Source of the DNA: Candidatus Woesearchaeota archaeon
Lineage (GTDB): Archaea > Nanobdellota > Nanobdellia > SCGC-AAA011-G17 > GW2011-AR17
Length of the DNA: 37,065 bases
NCBI GenBank assembly: GCA_964343245.1
Contig: CAYFIU010000002.1
Coordinates: 1-37,065 of the forward strand
Reading direction: 5' to 3'
Position 1 is the stretch's first letter. Each line of letters starts with the position of its first letter. The translations under genes were made by a program, and so were the position numbers. Positions 7,992-14,792 of this stretch are shown here, piece by piece. Under the pieces are notes generated by a model. That model was not told the DNA's origin. It worked only from the letters and a program-made list of their open reading frames with translations, and did no database searches.

Positions 7992-9245
7992 TTATAGATA
8001 CTCTGTTCCTAACCTTTCATTTATTTCATCTCTTAGATTTTCATTTAGAAGTTTTTTAGCTTGCTTTGGATAGCTTCCTAAAAGCCATGAAACTTTGATG
8101 AATGCTGTTTCTGGAAGCATGTCTTGGCAAAAAATGCCACCAATGTCTGCTAGTCTTCTTAGGTTAGTGTAAACATGAGGGTGCACTCTGCCGTACAGGC
8201 ATTGTGATGTTACTGCTACAATTCCACCTTTTTTTATGTAATTCTTTAGGGTGTTGTAGTTTTTCAGGTTGTCTTTGCCCAGGTTTGTTGGTGCGTTGCC
8301 TAGGCCTGTGCCTTCTAATATAATAGCTTTGTAATTCTTTGCATAGAATTCGAAAAGTTTTGGATTCATGTTAGTGTGGGTTTTTAGAATTCCTACTTTT
8401 GGTTCAAACTTGTCTTTGATTGTTAGTTTTTTGCCCTTTTTTAGTTCTTTTATCTGTTGAATATGCTTTGTTTTGTAGTTAATTAGTGCGATTGGTGTGT
8501 CATTTATGGTTTTGAATGCATCTCTTCTGCTAGTGTGCATTTTTCTTGTTTTTGTGGCTGATGAGATTGCACATTTGTGGTCTGAGGTTGAATCGTGCAT
8601 GCATATTGCGACTCCTGTGAAGCCTGACTTTATAATGTATTCAGTTGCGCAGATTAGGTTCATTGCTGCATCTGAGCTGCCTCTATCTGAAGATCTTTGT
8701 GAGCCTACTATTAGTATTGGAATGTTTGTTTCTTCGATTGCAAATGCTAGTGCTGCTGCTGTGTGAGCTAAGGTGTCTGTTCCTTGGGTTAGAATGATTC
8801 CATCTGACTTTGAATGCTTTTTTATTGCTTTTAGCATTTTTTGATAGTCAGTGAACATCATGTCTTCTGACATCATTTCAGATACTAGTTCTGTTTTGAT
8901 GTTGGCAATTTTTTCTAGCTCTGGGACCATTTCAACTAGGTCTTCTGGTGTGAAGTGTGCTGTTACACCACCTGTTTCATAGTCCACTTTTGATGCTACT
9001 GTGCCTCCTGTGTGTAGAATTGTGATTGTTTTTTTTGATTTTGAGTGTTTGATTGGTTTTTTCTTGGCTGTTTTTTTCTTGTATGCCTTCAAAACTTTTG
9101 ATTTTTTGATGTTTTTTGTTAGGATTCCAACATTGTATCCTGTGTTAAGTTTGATGAAAATCTTTTGTTTTGTTGAGTCTGGCATGTAAATGCCTTCAAG
9201 TTTTTTGTCTTTAGTTTGAATTAGAACCTTATCACCTGATTTCAT
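7992..9245 (-). CDS. gatD: Glu-tRNA(Gln) amidotransferase subunit D (asparaginase-like)
   Basis: 417 aa with an N-terminal GatD-specific domain. Asparaginase motifs 'ILHTGGTVAS' and 'GIILTQGTDTLAHTA' are present. Confidence 0.9.
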   Translation of the reverse strand: MKSGDKVLIQTKDKKLEGIYMPDSTKQKIFIKLNTGYNVGILTKNIKKSKVLKAYKKKTAKKKPIKHSKSKKTITILHTGGTVASKVDYETGGVTAHFTPEDLVEMVPELEKIANIKTELVSEMMSEDMMFTDYQKMLKAIKKHSKSDGIILTQGTDTLAHTAAALAFAIEETNIPILIVGSQRSSDRGSSDAAMNLICATEYIIKSGFTGVAICMHDSTSDHKCAISSATKTRKMHTSRRDAFKTINDTPIALINYKTKHIQQIKELKKGKKLTIKDKFEPKVGILKTHTNMNPKLFEFYAKNYKAIILEGTGLGNAPTNLGKDNLKNYNTLKNYIKKGGIVAVTSQCLYGRVHPHVYTNLRRLADIGGIFCQDMLPETAFIKVSWLLGSYPKQAKKLLNENLRDEINERLGTEYL

Positions 9246-9267
9246 ATTGTTTTATTTAGTAAAGAAG

Positions 9268-9275
9268 TTTAAATA
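9268..9275 (-). promoter_or_regulatory. TATA box for the gatD operon
   Basis: 'tttaaata' lies 23 nt upstream of the gatD ATG (9245). Confidence 0.5.
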
Positions 9276-9382
9276 ACTTTTCCTTAATTTGATTAAAACC
9301 TTTTGTAAAAACAGTGAACTTATATTCTTCAGAATAACAAAGTTTAAATATTATAACAGGGCCTATATAAAATTAAGTTTAA

Positions 9383-9438
9383 TTGGTTTTGGCGAACCAA
9401 CGAAATTTAAAAGTTTGAAAGTCTTTTTGGCGGAAGAC
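9383..9438 (+). other. two 18-nt hairpins with different 6-bp stems and an identical TTGGCG hexaloop (candidate sRNA or protein-binding element)
   Basis: Hairpin 1 (9383..9400) is TTGGTT-TTGGCG-AACCAA. Hairpin 2 (9421..9438) is GTCTTT-TTGGCG-GAAGAC, including one G.U pair. TATA-like boxes at 9343-9352 and 9363-9372 lie upstream. Confidence 0.35.
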
Positions 9439-9469
9439 GATTTCTTAAAGAGAGTATAGGCTAAACTAG

Positions 9470-9478
9470 TTTATAAAA
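9470..9478 (+). promoter_or_regulatory. TATA box for ftsZ (long leader with an AGGGGG Shine-Dalgarno at 9525..9530)
   Basis: 'tttataaaa' lies 65 nt upstream of the ATG at 9543. The purine-rich RBS sits 12 nt before the ATG. Confidence 0.45.
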
Positions 9479-9542
9479 ATATATATAGTCCAGACTATGC
9501 TTTGCAAATATTTAGAAAAAAAATAGGGGGATATGAAAAAAA

Positions 9543-10613
9543 ATGGAATTTTTATTAAAAGAGGCATTGAACAATGCAGACACACAGACACAAGAGGCTC
9601 AGATTGGGCAAGCAAACATTAAAGTTGTTGGAGTAGGTGGTGGAGGAGGTAACGCAACAAATTGGTTGTACAAAAAGGGTGTACAGGGTGCAGAAATTAT
9701 TGCAATGAACACAGACAAGCAACATCTTGATCTTATTGAAGCTGATAAGAAACTTCTTATTGGTCGAAATCTTACAAGAGGTTTGGGTTGTGGAGGATTC
9801 CCGCAGAAAGGAACAGAGTCTGCAAAAGAGGAAATCTCTGAAATTCGAAAAATGATGAACAGTACTGATATGGTTTTTGTATGTGCTGGAATGGGTGGTG
9901 GTACTGGGACTGGTGCAGTTCCTGTAGTTGCTAAAACAGCAAAAGAAGCAGGCGCGATTGTTATTGGTGCAGTGACAATGCCATTTAAAATAGAAAGGGC
10001 AAGAATTGATAAAGCAGAATTTGGTTTACAACAATTGCGAGATGTGTGTGATACAGTGATCGTGATTGACAACAATAAATTAGTAGAGCTGGCTGGGAAT
10101 TTGCCAATTCAGCAAGCTTTTGCAGTAGCGAATGAGTTGATCTCAACAATGATTAAAGGAATAGTTGAAATTATTGCAGTGCCTTCTTTGGTTAACTTGG
10201 ACTATGCAGATGTAAAAGCAATTATGGCAAATGGAGAGGTATCTGTTGTCGGTATTGGCGAAAGTGATACAACAAACAGAGTAGAGGAAGCTGTAAGAAG
10301 AGCATTAGATAATCCTTTGTTGGATGTGAGTTATAACGGCGCAACTGGGGCATTAATACATGTGTCTGGTGGACATGACTTGAAGTTAGATGAGCTAAGT
10401 ACAATTGGTAATATGATAACTGAGTCTTTGGACCAAGATGCGAACGTTATATGGGGTGCAAGAGTATCAGATGATATGAAAGGAAAAGTTAGAGTCATGG
10501 CTATTGTGACTGGAGTACAATCCCCATATATCTTAGGCAAAGTGAATGAGAGACAAAGAGAAGCTCAGGCTGTGGCTGTGTCTAGAGAACTAGGGATTGA
10601 TTTAGTTAGGTAA
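9543..10613 (+). CDS. ftsZ: cell division protein FtsZ
   Basis: 356 aa. Carries 'VGVGGGGGNA' and the tubulin signature 'AGMGGGTGTGAVPVVA', plus 'NLDYADVKAIM'. Confidence 0.95.
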   Translation: MEFLLKEALNNADTQTQEAQIGQANIKVVGVGGGGGNATNWLYKKGVQGAEIIAMNTDKQHLDLIEADKKLLIGRNLTRGLGCGGFPQKGTESAKEEISEIRKMMNSTDMVFVCAGMGGGTGTGAVPVVAKTAKEAGAIVIGAVTMPFKIERARIDKAEFGLQQLRDVCDTVIVIDNNKLVELAGNLPIQQAFAVANELISTMIKGIVEIIAVPSLVNLDYADVKAIMANGEVSVVGIGESDTTNRVEEAVRRALDNPLLDVSYNGATGALIHVSGGHDLKLDELSTIGNMITESLDQDANVIWGARVSDDMKGKVRVMAIVTGVQSPYILGKVNERQREAQAVAVSRELGIDLVR

Positions 10614-10652
10614 TGTTTTATGGGACTATATCCCCAAAAAACCCCCACTCTT

Positions 10653-10696
10653 GGCTAGCATCGCTTGATGCTAGCCTTGATTTCTATTTCTTTTTT
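10653..10696 (+). terminator. perfect 10-bp hairpin plus T-tract downstream of ftsZ
   Basis: GGCTAGCATC-gctt-GATGCTAGCC (10653..10676) is followed by a T-rich tract ending in 'cttttttaaat'. Confidence 0.45.
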
Positions 10697-10713
10697 AAAT
10701 AATAACCAAAACG

Positions 10714-10721
10714 TTTATAAT
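10714..10721 (+). promoter_or_regulatory. TATA box for the micro-ORF at 10745
   Basis: 'tttataat' lies 24 nt upstream of the ATG at 10745. Confidence 0.4.
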
Positions 10722-10744
10722 GGAAGCTAGTTTTTCTAATGTAG

Positions 10745-10852
10745 ATGAAAAAAGTTCAGTGTGCTGATTGTGGTGTTGAGTTTGATGTTTTTGAATCAAC
10801 AAATGTTCATATTCCAAAGTTTAGATGTGATGGTTGTTTGAAAAAAAGATGA
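10745..10852 (+). CDS. 35-aa zinc-ribbon micro-protein (CxxC...CxxC), below the ORF-track cutoff
   Basis: My own translation gives MKKVQCADCGVEFDVFESTNVHIPKFRCDGCLKKR*. It has two CxxC pairs and correct TATA spacing. Confidence 0.45.
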   Translation: MKKVQCADCGVEFDVFESTNVHIPKFRCDGCLKKR

Positions 10853-10935
10853 ATGATTTTTTAATAATTTATTTGAGTATAATTTCTGGTTTGATTGTTA
10901 TATATTTGATTGGTTGGTTTTGGAAGAAGAAATAA
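10849..10935 (+). CDS. 28-aa single-TM micro-protein overlapping the previous stop (ATGA)
   Basis: My own translation gives MNDFLIIYLSIISGLIVIYLIGWFWKKK*. Its ATG at 10849 overlaps the TGA at 10850..10852. Hydrophobic core with a KKK anchor. Confidence 0.3.
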   Translation: MNDFLIIYLSIISGLIVIYLIGWFWKKK

Positions 10936-10966
10936 ATATAAATGATGTGTTTGAATCTTTTTTTTA

Positions 10967-11437
10967 ATGAGGCGTAGAGTAGGGCATCTAAATAGGCTTT
11001 GTGAAAGAGTCAGAGCTGATTCTAGTACATTTCATTTAAAACCTCATTCTCATTATGTTGGTCCTTGCTCTGTTTTTGCAGATGGTTATTGGAATTGTTG
11101 TGGGGTTGTTATTTTTGGTGATAATTTAGTTGGTGTTTCTCATTATGATGATGAAACTGCTGGTGATGGTTCTTTTATTAATGAAATAATTGAAAATTTA
11201 AGTGGAGAGATTTTTGGTTTTGCTGTTGGTGGTGATGAAAGATTATATTATTGGCATGAAAGGCTTTTAACAGAAAGAAAAGTTCCTCTTGTTGCAGGAT
11301 TGTGTGATTTTTATAGAAAAGAAGAACAAGAAAAAGATACTAAAACTCTTATTGTAACGCCAAGCCCTAGAAAAGTTATAGTTAATGGTGTTTTAGGGCC
11401 TGTTATGATTTATCTTGTCTCAGGGAAACCTATTTAA
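10967..11437 (+). CDS. hypothetical protein (orphan, 156 aa)
   Basis: ATG start with the TATA-like 'aaatataaat' at 10934..10943 (-24). No family recognised. Confidence 0.4.
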   Translation: MRRRVGHLNRLCERVRADSSTFHLKPHSHYVGPCSVFADGYWNCCGVVIFGDNLVGVSHYDDETAGDGSFINEIIENLSGEIFGFAVGGDERLYYWHERLLTERKVPLVAGLCDFYRKEEQEKDTKTLIVTPSPRKVIVNGVLGPVMIYLVSGKPI

Positions 11438-11439
11438 AT
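11432..11439 (+). promoter_or_regulatory. TATA box for eno
   Basis: 'atttaaat' lies 25 nt upstream of the ATG at 11464. Confidence 0.5.
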
Positions 11440-11463
11440 CTTCTACATATAGGTTAGGATAGT

Positions 11464-12609
11464 ATGAAAATAAAAGAGGTGGAGGCTTATATTATTAAGA
11501 ACTCTCGTGGGGAGGATGCTGTTGAAGTTAGAGTTAACAAGAGATATGTTGCTGCTGCTCCATCAGGTGCTTCAACTGGAAAGTTTGAAGTTAAAGCTTT
11601 TCCAAAAAAGGGTATTAAGTTTTCTGTTGGTTGTGTTAATAATTTTAAAGATTTGAAAGGCATGAAGTTTGATGAGTTTGGAGATCTTGCTTTTTTTGAT
11701 GATTTTATCCAAACATGGGGTGGAAATACAGTGATGGCTGTGCAGTCTGCTGTATTGAAGGCTATGTCAGAAAACAAAGTTTGGAAGTTTTTGAATCCTA
11801 AAGCAAAAAAGATGCCTACACCATTAGGGAACTGTATTGGTGGTGGGATGCACACTAGAAAAAAGGGTGAGGATGTGCAAGAGTTTTTGTTAATTCCATC
11901 TGGTAAAACTTTCGAAGAGAAGATGGTGTTGAATGATTATGTTTATAGAAAAATTGGTAAAGCTTTGGGAGTTAAGCAGAGAACTGATGAAGGTGCTTTT
12001 ATGCCAAAGATGACTGATAGTGAGACTTACGAGTTTTTGTACAGTTTTTTGAATAATTATGAGAATACTTTGCATTCTAGGGTTAGGTTTGGTATTGATT
12101 TGGCTGCAAGTAGTCTTTGGAGTGGAAGGTTTTACACTTACAAAAGTTTTTCAAAGGAAAGAAAGATGAAGAAGTTTTTAAGAGAAGATCATATTGATTA
12201 TATTAATGAGTTGATAAGGAAGTATAAGTTAGGTTATGTTGAGGATGGAATGCATGAAAATGATTTTGTTGGATTTTCTATGTTGAACAAGAAAACTTTG
12301 GTGTGTGGGGATGATTTGATTGTGACTAATGTTGAACGGTTGAAAGAGGCAATTAAGCATGATTCTGTTAATTGTATTATTGTTAAGCCGAACCAGATTG
12401 GATCTTTGATTAAAACTAAAGAAGTTGTTGACTTAGCAAGAAAGAATGATATTAACATGGTTATGTCTCATAGGTCTGGTGAAACAATGGATGCTACTAT
12501 ATCACACTTGGCTGTTGGTTGGGGGATTCCTTATATTAAAACTGGGATTTATGGTCCTGAGAGAAGGGTTAAGCTTAAGGAGTTATTGAAAATTGAGCAA
12601 GAGATCTAA
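11464..12609 (+). CDS. eno: enolase (compact, 381 aa)
   Basis: Carries 'APSGASTG', 'VQEFLLIP', 'TDEGAF', 'GIDLAAS', 'YVEDGMHENDF', 'CGDDLIVTN', 'IVKPNQIGS', 'SHRSGETMD' and 'YIKTG'. All canonical Mg2+ and catalytic positions appear present. Confidence 0.85.
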   Translation: MKIKEVEAYIIKNSRGEDAVEVRVNKRYVAAAPSGASTGKFEVKAFPKKGIKFSVGCVNNFKDLKGMKFDEFGDLAFFDDFIQTWGGNTVMAVQSAVLKAMSENKVWKFLNPKAKKMPTPLGNCIGGGMHTRKKGEDVQEFLLIPSGKTFEEKMVLNDYVYRKIGKALGVKQRTDEGAFMPKMTDSETYEFLYSFLNNYENTLHSRVRFGIDLAASSLWSGRFYTYKSFSKERKMKKFLREDHIDYINELIRKYKLGYVEDGMHENDFVGFSMLNKKTLVCGDDLIVTNVERLKEAIKHDSVNCIIVKPNQIGSLIKTKEVVDLARKNDINMVMSHRSGETMDATISHLAVGWGIPYIKTGIYGPERRVKLKELLKIEQEI

Positions 12610-13537
12610 AGTTGGTTTAGCTTTAGGAGGTGGTAGTGCTAAAGGTATGTGTTATATTGGAATACTTAAGGTGTTAGAGAAGCATAAGATTCCTATTGAT
12701 TATATTTCTGGAACAAGTGTTGGTGCTCTGATTGGCGCTTTGTATTGTGCTGGTTATTCTCCTGATGAGATTGAAAAGATTGTTGAGGATTTGAACTGGC
12801 GAAGGTTGTTTGATTTTACTGAGTTTAGGCATGGTTTGATTCGTGGTAAAAGGATTGAAAAGTTGTTGAAGAAGTTGTTGAAAGGTAAAACTTTTGAAAA
12901 CTTAAAAATTCCTTTGGTTGTGACTGCTGTTGATGTGCATCATGGTGAAGAGGTTGTTTTTGATTCTGGAGATTTGGTTAAAGCTGTACATGCTAGCACT
13001 GCTATTCCTGGTGTGTTTGCACCTGTTGTTATAAACCGTAGGGAGTATGTTGATGGTGGTGTTATGGACCCTGTGCCTGTTGGTGTTTTGAAGAAAAAGG
13101 GTGTGAAAAAGATTATTGCTGTGAATTTGACAGTGCCTTTGAAACGGTTGCAGTTTAGAAAAGCTACTCCTAAAGAAAAAAATCCTTTTATGCAGGAGTT
13201 TTTGGATTCTGGTATTAAGAATTTGAAAAGAGTTTTGAAAAATGATCATATTTTGCCTAGTTCTGTTCTTTGGTTTTTAACTCCAAAAAGGTTAGAAGGT
13301 TTTAGTACTACTCAGATTCCTCCTGTGTTGAAAACTGTGTTAAGATCTTATAACATTGTGTTTAATGAGTTTGCTCATTTGCGTATGCAGGAGCATAAAC
13401 CTGATATTATTTTGTCACCAAATGTTTCTGATGTTCACCTTTTTGACTTTCACAGGTATAAGTATTGTATTAAGAAGGGTGAGTTTGCTGCTTCTAGACG
13501 AATTGGTGAGATTAAAAAGTTGTGCAAATGTTTATAA
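12593..13537 (+). CDS. patatin-like phospholipase
   Basis: Carries the oxyanion 'GLALGGGSAKG', the nucleophile elbow 'GTSVGA' and a catalytic Asp in 'VDGGV'. The TTG start overlaps the end of eno; the first ATG would delete the GGG motif. Confidence 0.8.
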   Translation: MSKRSKVGLALGGGSAKGMCYIGILKVLEKHKIPIDYISGTSVGALIGALYCAGYSPDEIEKIVEDLNWRRLFDFTEFRHGLIRGKRIEKLLKKLLKGKTFENLKIPLVVTAVDVHHGEEVVFDSGDLVKAVHASTAIPGVFAPVVINRREYVDGGVMDPVPVGVLKKKGVKKIIAVNLTVPLKRLQFRKATPKEKNPFMQEFLDSGIKNLKRVLKNDHILPSSVLWFLTPKRLEGFSTTQIPPVLKTVLRSYNIVFNEFAHLRMQEHKPDIILSPNVSDVHLFDFHRYKYCIKKGEFAASRRIGEIKKLCKCL

Positions 13538-13561
13538 GGTGGTTCTAAATTCTTTGCTTTT

Positions 13562-13873
13562 ATGGAATTGACTTTTACTGAAAGAAGGCTTTTGAGGGCT
13601 TATGCTTACGAAGATGTGTTTGCTAGAATGGAGGATCAAGGTTGGGATGTTGTTAAGATTGGTACAGGGCCAAGGTATCCTGCTTGTTTTGTTTTTTATC
13701 ATAGTGATAAATCAGATGCTAAGCTTTTTAGGGCGCCTGGTAGAGATGTTGTTTACCAGGAACAGGATTTTACAAGTGCATTAGCTGCTAATAATTTTTG
13801 TGAAAGAAGAGGGGTTGTTTTGGGTGAGGAGAGGAAAACAATTGATATTCTTGCTGAGAGAGTGTTTGCTTAG
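13562..13873 (+). CDS. hypothetical protein (orphan, 103 aa)
   Basis: ATG start with the TATA 'gtttataagg' at 13530..13539 (-24). No family recognised. Confidence 0.4.
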   Translation: MELTFTERRLLRAYAYEDVFARMEDQGWDVVKIGTGPRYPACFVFYHSDKSDAKLFRAPGRDVVYQEQDFTSALAANNFCERRGVVLGEERKTIDILAERVFA

Positions 13874-13881
13874 GCAAAAGA

Positions 13882-13889
13882 TTTATAAA
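13882..13889 (+). promoter_or_regulatory. TATA box for rps2
   Basis: 'tttataaa' lies 24 nt upstream of the ATG at 13913. Confidence 0.5.
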
Positions 13890-13912
13890 CAGTTAATTGT
13901 TTTGCTAAGCCT

Positions 13913-14509
13913 ATGACAGAGGAATTTTTAACACCATTGGAGAATTACTTAAAGGTAGGTTTGCATATTGGTACTAAGTTTAGAACCAAGTATATGGAGC
14001 CATTTATCTACAAAGTAAGGCCTGATGGTTTGGCTGTTCTTAATGTTCAAAAGATTGATGAAAGGATTGGTGTTGCTGCTAAGTTTTTGGCGCAGTATGA
14101 ACCTGAAGATATCTTAATTGTTTCTCGGAGAGAGAATGGTTGGACAGCTTTGAAGCTGTTTAACAAATTAACTGGAATTGATGTAATTACAGGAAGGTAT
14201 AGGCCTGGTATTTTGACTAATTCTCAGTTGGAAGATTTTAAAGAAATCAAGTTGCTTATGGTTGTTGATCCTTGGCCTGACAAAAATGTTGTTAAGGATG
14301 CTAGAGTGAGTGGAATTCCTATTATTGCTTGTTGCGATACTAACAATGAAGCAAACAATGTTGATCTTGTTGTGCCTTGTAATAACAAAGGTAAGAAAAG
14401 TTTAGGATTGTTGTTCTATGTGTTAGCTAAGGAGTATTTGAAAGCTAGAGGCTTGATTAAGTCTGAAAAAGAGATGAAAATACCTTTGGATGATTTTATT
14501 GTTGAATAA
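13913..14509 (+). CDS. rps2: 30S ribosomal protein uS2 (archaeal S2)
   Basis: 198 aa. Carries 'LKVGLHIGT' and 'VVDPWPDKNVVKDARVSGIPIIACCDTNN'. Confidence 0.9.
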   Translation: MTEEFLTPLENYLKVGLHIGTKFRTKYMEPFIYKVRPDGLAVLNVQKIDERIGVAAKFLAQYEPEDILIVSRRENGWTALKLFNKLTGIDVITGRYRPGILTNSQLEDFKEIKLLMVVDPWPDKNVVKDARVSGIPIIACCDTNNEANNVDLVVPCNNKGKKSLGLLFYVLAKEYLKARGLIKSEKEMKIPLDDFIVE

Positions 14510-14511
14510 AA

Positions 14512-14757
14512 ATGAATTGTTATTATGATGTTTATGAATGTGATGGTTATGATGCTGAACCTACTTTGGGAGAAGTTGCTCTTTGTATAGCATCTGTTCC
14601 TTTGATTCCTGCTTTTGAATTGTATGCTAGACATATTTGTACAGAAGAAGGTGGGACTCGTTTTAGAAGAGTTGTTGGTAGAGCTAGAGGTTTATCTGGA
14701 AGATTTGTTAATGGACTTGATCTTGAATTTACAAGAAGAATTATTGGTCTGGATTAA
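14512..14757 (+). CDS. hypothetical Cys/Arg-rich protein (81 aa) coupled to rps2
   Basis: The ATG lies 2 nt after the rps2 stop with no intervening promoter. The sequence contains no Lys. No family recognised. Confidence 0.35.
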   Translation: MNCYYDVYECDGYDAEPTLGEVALCIASVPLIPAFELYARHICTEEGGTRFRRVVGRARGLSGRFVNGLDLEFTRRIIGLD

Positions 14758-14792
14758 CTTTGTCATCTATTGGTTTTGATTCTATATAATAT

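Noticed and set aside
9533-9545. Alternative ftsZ start at the ATG 9533
   Set aside because: It is in a different reading frame from the FtsZ ORF and terminates after about 30 codons. The ATG at 9543 gives the conserved protein.
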